DNA of 64,000 bases from Octopus sinensis (GCF_006345805.1 NC_042997.1:1550001-1614000); one strand, 5' to 3'; positions 12,576 through 26,330 are shown, counted from the stretch's first letter. Notes: generated from the sequence alone by a model not told the origin. Translations and numbers: made by a program.

Positions 12576-13289
12576 TCATTAATAGTGCAGTAGCAGTAGC
12601 GGTAGGTAGGAAGAAGTTTTCATTCGAGTCAGCAACTGCACCGACATACAATACCAAATATCACATTCAAGAGAGGTGGAAATATTCAAGCGCTGAAAAT
12701 ATATATGATAAAAAGGCTGTTTTCCAAGAGGGTGGATGTGATGTAATGCTATATTTTAAGGCAGGTTAAGAATCTAGTTCGCAAGGCAAATATAAATAGA
12801 GATAATCAATGTAGGGGAGAGAAATTGCACGCTGTAATTCCATGTTTATTTTCCGCAAAATTACTTTCGATACGCTTTTGATCTCATCGTTACCAAGTGT
12901 GCATAACAATAATTTTATACTTTCGAATTTTAGTTTGTAAACGCACAAGGGTAAATTTCAAAGTCCAGAGAGGCATAAATTTTTTCAGCTATATTAAATA
13001 TAATACACGCTACCATGTTTGAAGCACTATAGAGTTCTTATTTTATGTTTGTGCTTTTTGATCTAACTGCAACGCATTCACGTCAGCGCTTTAATAACTA
13101 TAACCGGAATATACTGAAACAAAAAAAAAATACATTTCTTCAAATTTTGCAAATTTTCCATGAAGTTGTTTAGTATACTACATTTCATGAAACTATTAAA
13201 CTGGAACAGACTTTCTACGATATGCAACACTTTCCAAGATAAAGTAACGGTCAAAATCGTAAAAAAAAGTGAAATAACATATGTTCAGA

Positions 13290-13449
13290 GTTGACTGTGT
13301 AATTAAGAATTTGGCTTCATAACCATGTGGTCTTAGGTTCGGTTCGACCACGCGGCACATTGGGTAAATTCTATCACAGCCTTGAGAGTGGGTGGATTTC
13401 TTTAAAGGAAATTGAAGGAAATCAATTCTCTGTTTGTGTGTGTGTGTGT

Positions 13450-13528
<79 letters not shown>

Positions 13529-13652
13529 GTATGTAACTAAGTATCAGGCCTTAATAAAGTAAGTGCTAAGGTCGATTTCTTCGTCTAGATCGTTGAAGAT
13601 GATGCCCCAGAATGGAGGAGACGAGCGATTTGAAACAACTAAAAGGAAAAAG
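13290..13652 (+). mobile_element. SINE family A (decayed, internal (TG)n)
   Basis: CGCGGCACATTGGGTAAA, GTGGATTT..GGAAATTGAAGGAA and TGCCCCAGAATGG match the 1741 copy. Confidence 0.65.
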
Positions 13653-14037
13653 TTAATATATTTGTTCACCCAGAAAATAATAAAACTATGAAATTGGTAG
13701 TTTGAATACTCACATTTAACACATAAACGCGCAGTGGAATATGTATTAACGAAATTAAAATTCGGTGATATAAAGTTATATATCCTACAATCATAACGCT
13801 ACTTCTATCACTATGTTCCCGAGACTGCAGACAAATCAGAATCAGTTAAACATAGGCACATTTACATCTCCTTCAACGATAGAAGTAAAGTTTTGTTCAA
13901 AGCCTATTTATTTGGTTAATAAGATTAAGTGAAACTAAGTAAAATAAATAACTGATTCCTTAGTAAACGCATTCCAGACACAAGTATACTTGTTATTAAA
14001 AATCAACCTTGTTATTATGGATCAGCTTCTAATCAGT

Positions 14038-14074
<37 letters not shown>

Positions 14075-14559
14075 TAATCTATAGTTCATATGTAACACAT
14101 AAGCACACTAATTAATCTGTCATGTAATTCTTATTCATTTATATTGTTTTGATTTTATCAAGCTCTGTCTTGCAGCTTCATGACTTCAATGATAGGATTA
14201 TTCATTTTTAGAATGGCATTGTAGTAGATGTATACGAGGCTGCTTCTAGCCACTTTGATTTTAAAACAGGTAAAATACTTGGGTCTGATAGGGCATATTG
14301 CATATAAACAGTCATAAAACTGCTAAATTATCATATAATATTAAAGATTTAAAATTGAAATTTACCTCCAGTCTTGCAAATCTATATTCCAGTATAAACA
14401 AGCTATCACGAATTTATTAAAATATTTTTGAAGCTTATTCGACGGGCATACAGTGGATTAAAATATCATATTTTATGAGTTCCAAGCACCGAATCTTTTG
14501 ATCACATACCACTAAATGCTGCCGTACGTATATGAAAACAGCAGATGACAAACTTGGAG

Positions 14560-15340
14560 GTGTGTGTAAAGTATCTTCAAGCTGAAATTAATATACTATT
14601 GTCACGTTAAAGAGGGATGATTAAAAGAAATCTGCCTAGGTTTATATGTAGCACGTTGGTGAACATACGCCCTGAGACCTTCACTGCAGTAACTATCACG
14701 ATAAATCTATTAAGATTAAGTGTCTAACAAGACATTTTATCCTAATAGTCAAAGTGTATGAAAACATAGAGGTGCGCTCTGAATGGCAATAATCAGAAGT
14801 GGGCCTCGTCAACACGATCTCGCCAAACACTAATTGTGTTTCTTTTTTTGGTGGGGTACGGGTGAAGACTTCTTTTTTGCTCGTGTAGTCTAACCAGTTC
14901 ACCTTCCCAAAACATTGCATTACTTAGCATTCTTTCAATGATCCGCTTATTACCAGCAATCCTTAATACACCACCAAATAGGGATAAGTACTTCACTGTT
15001 ACTTTCTGCCAAATTATGGGAAATTCTATTTTCCGAGTTTAGACGCTATTGTAAACCGTTCCAGATGCTGGCGAACTGTTCTACGACTTGAATTTAACTT
15101 CTGTGTTAAGCCATCAATCCTAATATCAATATTTCCATTAAGTTTTCATAAACGAGGTCTGTAGTAACTGAACAGCTGAACTGATTTGTGAAGTATCTCT
15201 TAAACTGAAATCACCCTCATTAAGTCTTTCAAAACACTGATTATTTCGTTTAAGAAATATTTGTGAACACCAAGAATATTTCGGATTGCTTCTACAACAT
15301 TATTAACTTTTATTCCTAACTCATAAAGTCAGGATTAATT
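14560..15340 (-). mobile_element. Decayed mariner transposase
   Basis: Translates to LYELGIKVNNVVEAIRNI, ERLNEGDFSLRD, RTVRQHL..ASKLGK (WVPHEL region), IAGNKRI (TGDEKW-like), KRSLHP and SVWRD. Confidence 0.7.
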
Positions 15341-16688
15341 TGAGTTACATTTGTTAAGAATTATATTATCCTTGTCGAAAGCACATACAGTAGTTATCAA
15401 ATGATTTCTCTCTACCTAACCAAATGCAGAGTCGATCTGACTAATAGTCGTCATAAATAATAACCAGAGATTAGTAGCATCTAACTAATATTGTGTGGAA
15501 GCAAAGGCTAAGTTAAACTATGCAGTTTTATTTGTGTAGTACTATGCGATGAAAATATTGATTATATCATTGAAAGAGTATTACACGATTGGTCAGTCAG
15601 CTTTCCAGAATATTCCATGCACAGACAACGTGGATTAATTAATTCATGAAACACCACAAAATGCGCTTGGGCAAATTGCAATTTCAGGTACATTGTTTTA
15701 AGTATACATACAATTTTCGTCTCGCTGTTGTGCAAAATAATTACTTGGCCAAGTGAAGCAAAATTTGAATAGGTTAGATTAGGCTTCTAATTCCCTCTGA
15801 CAGTTCTAGGAATAGATCATTTTTCCGTTCACGGAAAGATAGTTTTTAAATGTCTGCGCTGTACTATTGCGTAAATTAAAATGATTTCTGATGTCGTCAG
15901 TTATGTATATACTATAAATACATATAAGCAACTAATATCAATGTAGGTAGATGAGTATTATTTTATGAGGAATGTCCAGGAGTATAAAAAAAAGTCTGAT
16001 TGATGTACATTCAAATTGAAATACCACCAGTGTTTGGTGAATAATGATTGGCTTTCATTCGCATCATGATTGGCTTTCATTCGCAATTTTTACTGCAGCT
16101 GTAATGAATTTATGACTACTGAGTATGTCTCGTTGTAGAAGCTCAATATATGAATTCAGTCTGACTTGATTTTTTGTCCTTCTATTAGGCCCAATTATAA
16201 CGCTTGGGGAATTATCTCATCGTTGCTTCGTCAGCTGTATCCAAAGAATTTTACATTAAATTGATTTAAAGATGTAGTTATGTTGGGAATGTTGTCATAT
16301 TATCGTTTCTAGTTTAAAAGCGTTTGTAACAAGTGCTTATTTATTTACAAAGCATCTGTATGTATACTCCGTCGAGGCTTTTAACGGATGCTTCAATATA
16401 CAATATATACAAATTTGAAACTTACGTCCATAAAGAAGAAGGCTTTCTACGGCTGTCAGTCCCGTAAAATAATACAAATTTGTATATTTTATATATCCAT
16501 TTTCCACAATGTATAAACATTTCCAGTACTGTTGAAACGAGTCCAGTCTTAATTTTAAAAACTTCGTAATATCTTTCACTACAAACGGATTGCTTTTATT
16601 TGTTTTACTCTTGAAGTCCAATTACTTAAGTTCCCTTATATTGTACGTTATGCATTAGTCTGCTACATTGATGCATAGACCGATTTTC

Positions 16689-16820
16689 TTAATAGTACAT
16701 TGGTATATTAAATAGTGTAGTTGGTTCAACAGCTGTATAGGATAATGTAGCTTTGAATTCAGAAGGCTGAATGTGTGATTGTGGTGAAGGATATCTGTCA
16801 TTAGCTAGGAAAGATAAAAC
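16689..16820 (-). CDS. Candidate terminal coding exon of an unidentified host gene
   Basis: Acceptor TTTCTGTTTTTGCATCACAG. Phase-0 open frame VLSFLANDRYPSPQSHIQPSEFKATLSYTAVEPTTLFNIPMYY*, with AATAAA ~90 nt downstream. Confidence 0.4.
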   Translation of the reverse strand, partial: VLSFLANDRYPSPQSHIQPSEFKATLSYTAVEPTTLFNIPMYY

Positions 16821-17179
16821 CTGTGATGCAAAAACAGAAATTCCTCTCAATGACACTTTTGATTATGAATGGTTTAAATTATTATTGCATTTCTTTCAAT
16901 TAGTGTCGAATTCTGTTCATATATGAATTCGTCATTATTGGCTTAATTCAAAGATATATTCTAATTAATTAATATGCGAGATTGTAGTGGAGAACGTATG
17001 TGAAAATGACATTTCATTCCTTAATATGTGCATCAAACATTTACGACTAATATTTAAAATATTACCGCACCTGTCATTTCACATTTGCGCGAATGTTTTA
17101 ACATATTACTACCTAAAGCATAATTCCACATATATAGGAATGATATCATTCAATTCAATAGACTTACCACACACACACT

Positions 17180-17328
17180 GTGGCTGTGGGGTAAGACGCT
17201 CGCTTCCCAAACACATAGTTCTACATAGTTTCCTGAGTTTTCTGCTATAGCCTCGGGCTAACTAAAGCCTTGTGAGTGGATTTGGTAGACTGAAACTGAA
17301 AGAAGCTCGTCGTATATATTTATATATA
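17180..17328 (+). mobile_element. SINE family A 5' part, interrupted by an RTE insertion
   Basis: AGCCTCGGGC..AAAGCCTTGTGAGTGGATTTGGTAGAC.GAAACTGAAAGA matches the 1741 copy. Confidence 0.75.
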
Positions 17329-17746
17329 CCTATCCATCTGCTCAGTCGAAGTCGACTGTCGGTTACTCGTTGGATCAGTGTCCTCCAGTCAGTTCTATCC
17401 TGGGCCGCTTCTTTCAGATTGGCTATGTCCATTCCGGTATCACTCTTGATGGTATCAAGCCAGCGGGTTCTTGGTCGGCCTCTTCCTCTCTTGCCACTGA
17501 CCATTTCGAGCATGATGTCCTTTCCAGGGATTTTTTCCGCATAATATGACCAAAATATGCCAATCTATGCTTGGTGATCCTAGCTTCTTACGACATTTTC
17601 GGCCTGATCTGCTTAAGAACTTCTCCATTGGTGAGCCTCGCTGTCCTTCGAATCCGTAAAAGTCTTCTCGAACACCAAAGCTCGAATGCATTAATTCTCT
17701 TCTGGTCAGCTTTCTTTAGTGTCCAGGTCTCGCATCCATATGTTGC
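17329..17746 (-). mobile_element. 5'-truncated RTE (BovB-like) LINE
   Basis: C-terminus GKRGRGRPRTRWLD..DRTDWR..VTDSRLRL. Possible low-complexity TSD TATTTATATATA at 17317 and 17747. Confidence 0.85.
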
Positions 17747-17779
17747 TATTTATATATATATATATATGTATGTATATAT

Positions 17780-17995
17780 TGTTGTTGTTTGTTCCTGCCT
17801 CATGAGAGCCTGTTTCCTGGTTTCCTTGGCGTATAGGTTCCCCATCTGGGTGGAATGCCGGTCTGCCGCAGGTGAGCTGCAAGATGCAGCAGGAAAGAGT
17901 GAGAGAAATTTGAGGCGAAAATTCAGCAGAAGTTCGCCATTATCTTCTACACAAATCCGCCCGGTCTAAGATTCGAACTGACGATCCCTCGATCT
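17780..17995 (-). mobile_element. SINE related to family C
   Basis: Shares GGAAAGAGTGAGAGAAA and CGCCCGGTCT..GATTCGAAC with 43765-44134. Confidence 0.6.
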
Positions 17996-18234
17996 AGCGC
18001 AGGCCTGCGTACACTCGTCAAAGCCTAAACCGACAGTAGAAAAATGCGGACGACTTAACTGTGGTATATTTGTCAACATAATTGATGGAGCGGAATTCTC
18101 CTTAAAACAGGGTGAACCTTTTGCAATGAAACATTTGACAGTGTAAATAACGGGCTTCTTTCAGTAGACACTTGTCCGAAGTGCCACGTGGGTGCTAAGC
18201 AAGCTACTTACCACGCATCCACTCTTGCGTATGC

Positions 18235-18280
<46 letters not shown>

Positions 18281-18938
18281 GGTATATACATATATGCACA
18301 CGCGTGTACATGTATACACGTACACGTAGACAGACGCACACACACACATATATATGTATTCGTATATGTGTGTGTATGAATGCATGCACTCTCATACATA
18401 CACACATACAAGCACATTACTTTTTTCATGTACTGATATTTCAATATTGAACCGTACATATTCAATTTCATGTTAACATACACAAAGGCAGACATAAACC
18501 AAATACAAAATTTAATGTTCTTAAAATATTTGATCGTATAGGTATTTTTATACTGATAGCGATTCAGACAATATGTTAAGTACCATTTATTCGACAGAAA
18601 TCTTAAACATGTTCTTGTGTACTTACAGCAACTTCCAACATCAAATTGCACTCATTTATTCTCAAACAAAAATATGAACATTTCCCAAAAGATTTATGAA
18701 AGAATGTCTTTCATATTATAGGCATTTATTTTTTACACACTTTAAACTGTGGCCATGCTGTGGCATCACTTTGAAGTGTTCAGTCAAAGGAACCAACAGG
18801 CCGTATTCCATTGGACCTCTTTGTTTTGCTGTGCCGCTAAGTTACGTATGTTTATGTACTGATATGTGCCTGTTCAATTTATATACATGACTGTTACTTT
18901 GTTGAAGATTGTATACACACACATATGCATACACATGC

Positions 18939-18969
<31 letters not shown>

Positions 18970-19204
18970 TATGTGCATGTGTGTTTGTCCCTCTCACCAC
19001 CGTCTAAGAGAGAATTGCTACAACGTCTTAGATATATATGCACATATAACCTTCCTTATACATATATACAAGTACACACAATCATTTAGACACTTACACA
19101 CATTCATAAATATACGTATAATCTTAAAGTATACACAGATAACCATCTATACATATATATATATATATGACACTATTTTCAAGACATACACACATACATG
19201 CATG

Positions 19205-19236
<32 letters not shown>

Positions 19237-19557
19237 CATACATACATACATACATACATACATACATACATACATACATACATACATACATACATACATA
19301 CATACACAGATTCATTCGTACATATACATATCACGAATTAACTTACTTTCTCAGATGCAGCACGGAAATTTGGCAATGAAGAGGTCGCGGTCTGAAAGCG
19401 ACGAAAATATTTTGGCAAATATTTTAAATATTGAAGTGAATCTAACGGTTTTTGTTTGTTTCTTAAATGACTTATAAACACCTTCCACGTTGCAATTGTT
19501 TTCGTTCCAGCACACGATCTCAGATCAGGTCACTTGCTATGAAAGTACATCTCCGTA

Positions 19558-19633
<76 letters not shown>

Positions 19634-20089
19634 GCATACATATACATGTATGTGTGGTCCTTTATACACATACTTTTAGCAACTTTCGAAAACAGAAAAA
19701 AAAAACATGTTTAGAGTACGTTGTATATTTAACTTTTAAATCTTGATTTTTATTATATGTTCATGCACAGATATTGATGTTCTGTCTGTGCCGCCTGAGA
19801 TTTGCTTCCATTCGTGTAAGGAGATGGAAAAAGACTGTAACAAATTGGAGAGAACAACATCCTTCTTTCGTATTTTTCCTGTTTAAAAACGTCAATATTG
19901 AAGCCTAAAAACATTTCACCGTAATGACACAAAATACTACTGAGTATTCTTCGTTTAGAAATTTTGATTGTCTCATATAATACAAAACTCATTGTGACGA
20001 TCCCATCGTATGTTATGCACAGTCGTGCTTGTTTATGGAAGTACATTTTTGGTTAAATATCCCCTGTTATTCTTCGCCTCTAAACTTAC

Positions 20090-20124
20090 TGGAAATGTCG
20101 ACAAAATAGCCATCAAAGAACAGG
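20090..20124 (-). CDS. Candidate 35-nt microexon (copy 1)
   Basis: Acceptor TTTTTTTTCTAAACTATGCAG and donor GTAAGT. Frame CSLMAILSTFP joins in phase 0 to the 16820 exon. Confidence 0.3.
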
Positions 20125-20615
20125 CTGCATAGTTTAGAAAAAAAAACAACAACAAATAAATAGAACGATGCTTTCCATAATATCGCACTATATATTTTTG
20201 ATCATATGTGTGATAGTTATTGTTAAGACTATTCTGACTATGCAATCAATTTTGATTGACGTGATATAAAATGATGGAATAGAGCTTTAATGAAAACCAA
20301 CCAAAGCGGCCAGGGTAAACCGTCTGAGTTATGAGTTACATAAAACATAATATTTATCTTATCCGCATTGAAATTATCACACATTAAGCTATGGTTTACT
20401 GACATTCCTCTTCCAGAATTAGTCTAAGGAGAAAACATAGTAAAATAAAATTCTCATTATTTTATTCTTCAGTTTTATCTGCTATAGAGTAACAGATTAT
20501 TATATTTCCTTTTGTGAGCTTAATTCATTTACACCCACACACACACACACACGCACATACGCGCATGCACAATTTCTGAATAAATGAAATAAGCTAAAAT
20601 ATCAACTGCAATTTA

Positions 20616-20665
<50 letters not shown>

Positions 20666-21123
20666 GCATACATATACATGTATGTGTGGTCCTTTATACA
20701 CATACTTTTAGCAACTTTCGAAAACAGAAAAAAAAAAACATGTTTAGAGTACGTTGTATATTTAACTTTTAAATCTTGATTTTTATTAATATGTTCATGC
20801 ACAGATATTGATGTTCTGTCTGTGCCGCCTGAGATTTGCTTCCATTCGTGTAAGGAGATGGAAAAAGACTGTAACAAATTGGAGAGAACAACATCCTTCT
20901 TTCGTATTTTTCCTGTTTAAAAACGTCAATATTGAAGCCTAAAAACATTTCACCGTAATGACACAAAATACTACTGAGTATTCTTCGTTTAGAAATTTTG
21001 ATTGTCTCATATAATACAAAACTCATTGTGACGATCCCATCGTATGTTATGCACAGTCGTGCTTGTTTATGGAAGTACATTTTTGGTTAAATATCCCCTG
21101 TTATTCTTCGCCTCTAAACTTAC

Positions 21124-21158
21124 TGGAAATGTCGACAAAATAGCCATCAAAGAACAGG
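21124..21158 (-). CDS. Candidate 35-nt microexon (duplicate copy 2)
   Basis: Identical exon within the duplicated unit; acceptor ..CTAAACAATGCAG, donor GTAAGT. Confidence 0.3.
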
Positions 21159-21694
21159 CTGCATTGTTTAGAAAAAAAAAACAACAACAAATAAATAGAA
21201 CGATGCTTTCCATAATATCGCACTATATATTTTTGATCATATGTGTGATAGTTATTGTTAAGACTATTCTGACTATGCAATCAATTTTGATTGACGTGAT
21301 ATAAAATGATGGAATAGAGCTTTAATGAAAACCAACCAAAGCGGCCAGGGTAAACCGTCTGAGTTATGAGTTACATAAAACATAATATTTATCTTATCCG
21401 CATTGAAATTATCACACATTAAGCTATGGTTTACTGACATTCCTCTTCCAGAATTAGTCTAAGGAGAAAACATAGTAAAATAAAATTCTCATTATTTTAT
21501 TTCTTCAGTTTTATCTGCTATAGAGTAACAGATTATTATATTTCCTTTTGTGAGCTTAATTCATTTACACCCACACACACACACACACGCACATACGCGC
21601 ATGCACAATTTCTGAATAAATGAAATAAGCTAAAATATCAACTGCAATTTAAGATATATATATATATATATATATTTATAAAAAAAAATGTATG

Positions 21695-21727
<33 letters not shown>

Positions 21728-22075
21728 GTGTATGTGTGTGTATGTATGTATGTATCTATTCATCCATGTGAATGCTTGTGTGTGCGTTTGTGTGTGTGTG
21801 TGCGTGTGTGTTTGTGTGTGTGTGTGCGTGCCTCTGCTGTACGGTGAACAAGTCGAACACATTTTCGTTGGACTCAAAATATATTTTCGTTGGACTCAAA
21901 ATATTGCAGATGTGAAAATGGACCTGGATAAAGAGAAATGATCGATGGTTCTGTGGGATAACACTTGTAACAAAAGCCTTGGTTTTTATCCATATTGGTC
22001 ACGATGCCTGGATGAAGGTGTGTGTTATATAGCTCGAAACATTCAACGAGTAACGGATGAAACTCTCATTATATA

Positions 22076-22443
22076 TCCAAGCATTGCATTTTCAGGAATC
22101 ATTTAAACTTAAACACGTAACCACTCGCGCGCACACACAGGTACACAGACACACACACAAATTTATAAGCAGCGAAACTGTCAGTATACTTCAGAGAATA
22201 AAGACAATTTAGAAACCCGGGTAGATACCCTTCAGAAAACGGAAAACAGTGGCCAGCAAATATCTTCCGGGAAGTGAACCGTGCAACTCACCAACATCGA
22301 TTTAGCGCTCTGGGCCATTAAGCCAAGAGGATCCTGAAAGAAATACATATATAAGTGTGTGTCTGTGCATTTGTGCCTGTGTGTACGCGCGTGTGTGTGT
22401 ACGTGCTTGAGTTTAAATGATTTCTGAAAATGCAATGCTTGGA
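22076..22443. repeat. Inverted repeat, ~85-bp arms with ~195-bp spacer
   Basis: TCCAAGCATTGCATTTTCAGGAATCATTTAAACT.. pairs with ..AGTTTAAATGATTTCTGAAAATGCAATGCTTGGA. Confidence 0.85.
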
Positions 22444-22463
22444 CACACACACACACACACATA

Positions 22464-22502
<39 letters not shown>

Positions 22503-22603
22503 CATTAAAAGGCTTCCAAATAAAGAAGCGAGTGCTAGATACACAAAAAGGGGATAAATTCATGAAATGGAATAAAAATCAAAAACGTTTACCACTCAGC
22601 TAA

Positions 22604-22677
22604 TCCTGTACCGCGGTTTCGTCTTTTTTTTAGCAAAGAATAGAATTTATCGGCCAAGGCCAGAATCATCAGCAGGA
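22604..22677 (-). ncRNA. Type I hammerhead ribozyme in a ~245-bp (TA)n-flanked element (22498-22742)
   Basis: UCCUG CUGAUGA UUCU..long loop..AGAC GAAA CCGCGG UA^CAGGA. Perfect stem I, palindromic stem III ACCGCGGU and a GUA triplet. Confidence 0.8.
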
Positions 22678-22777
22678 AGCCTTTGTAATCCAAGATGTAC
22701 ATACCGCTAGAAGCACGTGCAAATCTAACGATCTGTATACCCTATATATATATATATAATATATATATATATATATA

Positions 22778-22808
<31 letters not shown>

Positions 22809-23193
22809 GTGTGTGTGTGTGTGTGTATGTATATATATATATGTATATATGTATATATATGTTTGTTTTTATTTTCACTCGTAGTAAAAAGCTTTACACT
22901 AAACTGAAAGATTACTTCATATCCCACTGTTTTTCAGAATACAAATTCATGATCCTTCAACAATAGTGTTAGTAGTGATCTGGAAGATTCGGCCACCTAA
23001 GACATCAGCTCAACAGACACTATATGCAGGCAAGATTAAACAAATGAGTTTATAATTGCTTAGCTGGCCGAAACTTTGAAGTCATTATCAACATGTCTAA
23101 ATTACTAAAGAATTTTGTATGTATACATGCATGTATGTATGTATGTATGTATGTATGTATGTATGTATGTATGTATGTATGTATGTATGTATG

Positions 23194-23244
<51 letters not shown>

Positions 23245-25179
23245 TTCTCTGTATTTATTCATCATTATTCAATCCATAACCAGCAGAAGTACTTTTTAAA
23301 GATGAGTTTCATAAGGAAATACAAAATTCTCCAAAATAGGAGTTGATATGTAGGTGTGTAACCAAGTAATACGTCACATTTTCAAAGTCAATGAAATTGG
23401 TGAAACTACTTGACACGCAAAAATGACTAGTGATAATATATCTTCCCCAATTTTGACTCAGCGAAAATATTTTAAGAGGCCATATGCTGTAATAAATTCA
23501 GCTGTCGTCATAAAACCTGTGCAAAGTCACTGGACACCAAATCGCGAATAAAGACACAATCTTGTTTGAAATAAATTGGATTTCTATTTGCTGCTCTCAG
23601 TGACGTGTACAAGTATTTTCCGCGCATACTCATACTTTTCCTATTATGCAAAAGTGTCGTAATTCCAAAACGTTGCTTTTTCAGAAAACGAAAAAGTAGT
23701 TTCACCATTCCATAGCAAAACCGTTGTACTATACTTTGACTATTTTTGATATCTTGGCATCTAAAGTAGCTGAAGATGCGATAGATTGACCTGACGAACC
23801 GGCTATTGGAAGCAAAAATAAATATTGACAAAAATGCATTTGGCCAAATTTAGACATCTGACAGTTTGACATAATAGCAACGATATGCATATGAGTGTAC
23901 CAGCGCGCTCAAATGTCAAAGTGTATAGAGTAGGAGAATTCAAACAATGAAAACAAAAGGAAAGAAAATGAAATATAATTTTTATTATTAAAATCCCATA
24001 TAGAAGTATACATATAAACACACACATACAGATATGTATACTTTCCCTAATTTTGATTAATAAACCGAAGGAATTTCGAACTTACAAGGACATCCTCCAC
24101 GTTTGTTACGATATAACTAATGAATGAACGATCATGAAATAATATTGAGCTGCAAATAAGAGTTTGAAACGAAAAGGCTGCTTTAGCCGTGTATCTGTAG
24201 GTAAACAGAACATTACATTGCCTAATATATTATAATGAATTAAAATGAACTACTTTCAGCCCATTGAATATATTTCTGTCTCGTAATTCTTCATGTGACT
24301 CGTCAATTGTCTACTTTACACGAACAATTATAATACGTTAATATGTTATGTTAAATAGTGGACAATTAATACCAACAGTTCTTTTCTAACCTGAGTAAAT
24401 GTTTAAAATTTACATATAAATATTGAATATTTATATTCAAAATATGTTGAACATCGTATTTTCTTGTTATGTGTATAATTCAGATAACAGCAAGATTCTG
24501 ATACTTTAACAGCTTGCAGGAACAATTATAAAGATAGATACATGCCTCAATACGTTTAGTAATCTTATATATAGTATATAAACAATTATATAAATAAACC
24601 TATATAATTTTTCGCGGTAATTGGTTGTAAGAAGCTACAGAATGATCACGCTGATTTATTTATACGGGTTCCTCGTTTTCACTTCTTTCTCTTTTTCTGT
24701 TACAGAGAAAACATCATCGTTAAGATATAATGATCACAAACATTTACCGATATATGAAGTTTGTTTATTGTGATTACATTCTGACTTATAGAATGTAATA
24801 CGAAGTCTTTGTGCACTGGTTATACAAGTTCAAATATTTAGATATTTGTCTAAAGAAACTTCCCATTATCTCATAAACGTTTAGAGGCAAGAAGGATACT
24901 CTAGCGGTAAGAATCAGGAGTTAAATACATATCACAAAACCTTCCGGTGGATAATATATCTATTACTCTAATCAAGCATACAGATGATTTATTCAGTTGT
25001 TTCTTAATGAATGAAAGGAGATGCTGACCCAAACAGGGCGCAGAGAGTAAACAACTGCGGACCTATGAAAATCAAATCTCCAGCAAAGACTTTTCCTATA
25101 TATCTGAGCACACGTTTCAATGTCGTGTACACCATAAGGTCTGGACACCTAACGGAGGCTTCAAAAGACATTTTAAGAT

Positions 25180-25400
25180 CCATATAGGTCAGAAATTAAT
25201 TGCAGCTCCTGGTGGTCCAATTGGGATATGCAATATATGTGGGTGTCTTTTTAATATATTGTCTGGTTTAAAAAGCCACATTAGACGCCGTGATGGATCT
25301 AAGGTGAAGATACAAGAGGTGGTAAGACCCTGCATAGGGAGTAGACAACCACATACCTATAAGCCATACCGGTTTCGCTATAGGTGGTCACTGACTGTGA
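25180..25400 (+). mobile_element. RTE LINE 3' tip with C2H2 finger
   Basis: ICNICGCLFNILSGLKSHIR. Confidence 0.5.
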
Positions 25401-25689
25401 ATCAACATCGGTTGGCAAGCGTTGTCGGGAATAATCATATACCTAAGTGAAAAAAATTGGATGTAAGTGAAGTAAACAGTTCTGAAAGGGATGTAATTAA
25501 TGTGGATATGATTACTGGAATTTAAAGTAGTATTTGAGATATATGAGGATTAGTGGGATTATTGATATTAGTAGAGTTAGTAGTGTCCTATATTGAGTTG
25601 TATGTTCATATTAAAGTACGTTTGATATTTATCAATAAACGTTACCTCTTTATTTAATATTTACTGCACTGAGGTGTCCTGGGAACATT

Positions 25690-26330
25690 GATATAAAGGA
25701 AAGTTTAAAAAGATTGGTTTGAGGTTCCTAGCACATCTATCTATGTGTTCACTACCCGCGACCTAACAAGATAATAAGGTAGATTAAATTTTCAGAGGCA
25801 CAAGTGAAGTTTGACATTATCTTAAATAGTTTACCTTGTTTGAAGTGTAATTCTAAACCATCCAAAAGGTGGGCACATGTGCAACAGTTGGCACGCTCGC
25901 ATTTCTCCACTTTTAGTTCCGTTGTTAAGAGATATAGTTTTATACAAATCTATATATCGTTTGGGCAATCTTTTTCTCGATGATTTCGGTTGTATTTTGC
26001 TTTTGATAAATTTGTGAGCCCAAAATTGCGTTCATTGTTTTATCTCTAGTGAGAACGGGTAGATTGTGGCTGATGATGATGAATGCCTCATTGTTTCTTG
26101 AGTTGCGTGGAGACGTAGGGAAGTACTTTAAAATCTGGTGTGACATTTCGGTAGGCTTTCCTTAATGATGCATGTCTATTTTCTGTGGTCGTTTGATCCC
26201 ATCATCTATGAATGATATGGCGTAATGTCTCCCGATTAGTGTTGATTTAAGTTCACGAAGTCTCAGTTCACGAAGTCTCAGTTCACGGGTATTGGTATCA
26301 AAAACTATGGTACATATTCTTTTTGCTATA
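25690..26330 (-). mobile_element. Penelope-like linker/zinc-finger/GIY-YIG remnant
   Basis: RELRLRELKSTL, CERANCCTCAHL, FTCASENLIYLI. Confidence 0.7.

Larger units (their letters stand above)
19633..21653. repeat. Near-identical ~1.03-kb direct tandem duplication bounded by (TA)n tracts
   Basis: 19633-20617 versus 20665-21653 differ only by a few small indels and the substitution GCATAG/GCATTG. Confidence 0.97.

Noticed and set aside
16720-16830. Plus-strand CDCGEGY, EGF-like motif
   Set aside because: It is flanked by stops with no consistent Cys spacing; the minus-strand exon reading is better.
23500-23960. 107-aa ORF or possible DNA transposon remnant (also 35200-35750)
   Set aside because: No diagnostic motif could be identified by eye.
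16044-26288. Short tandem duplications at ~16044 (22 bp), ~21861 (22 bp) and ~26250 (15 bp)
   Set aside because: Ordinary slippage duplications with no further structure.
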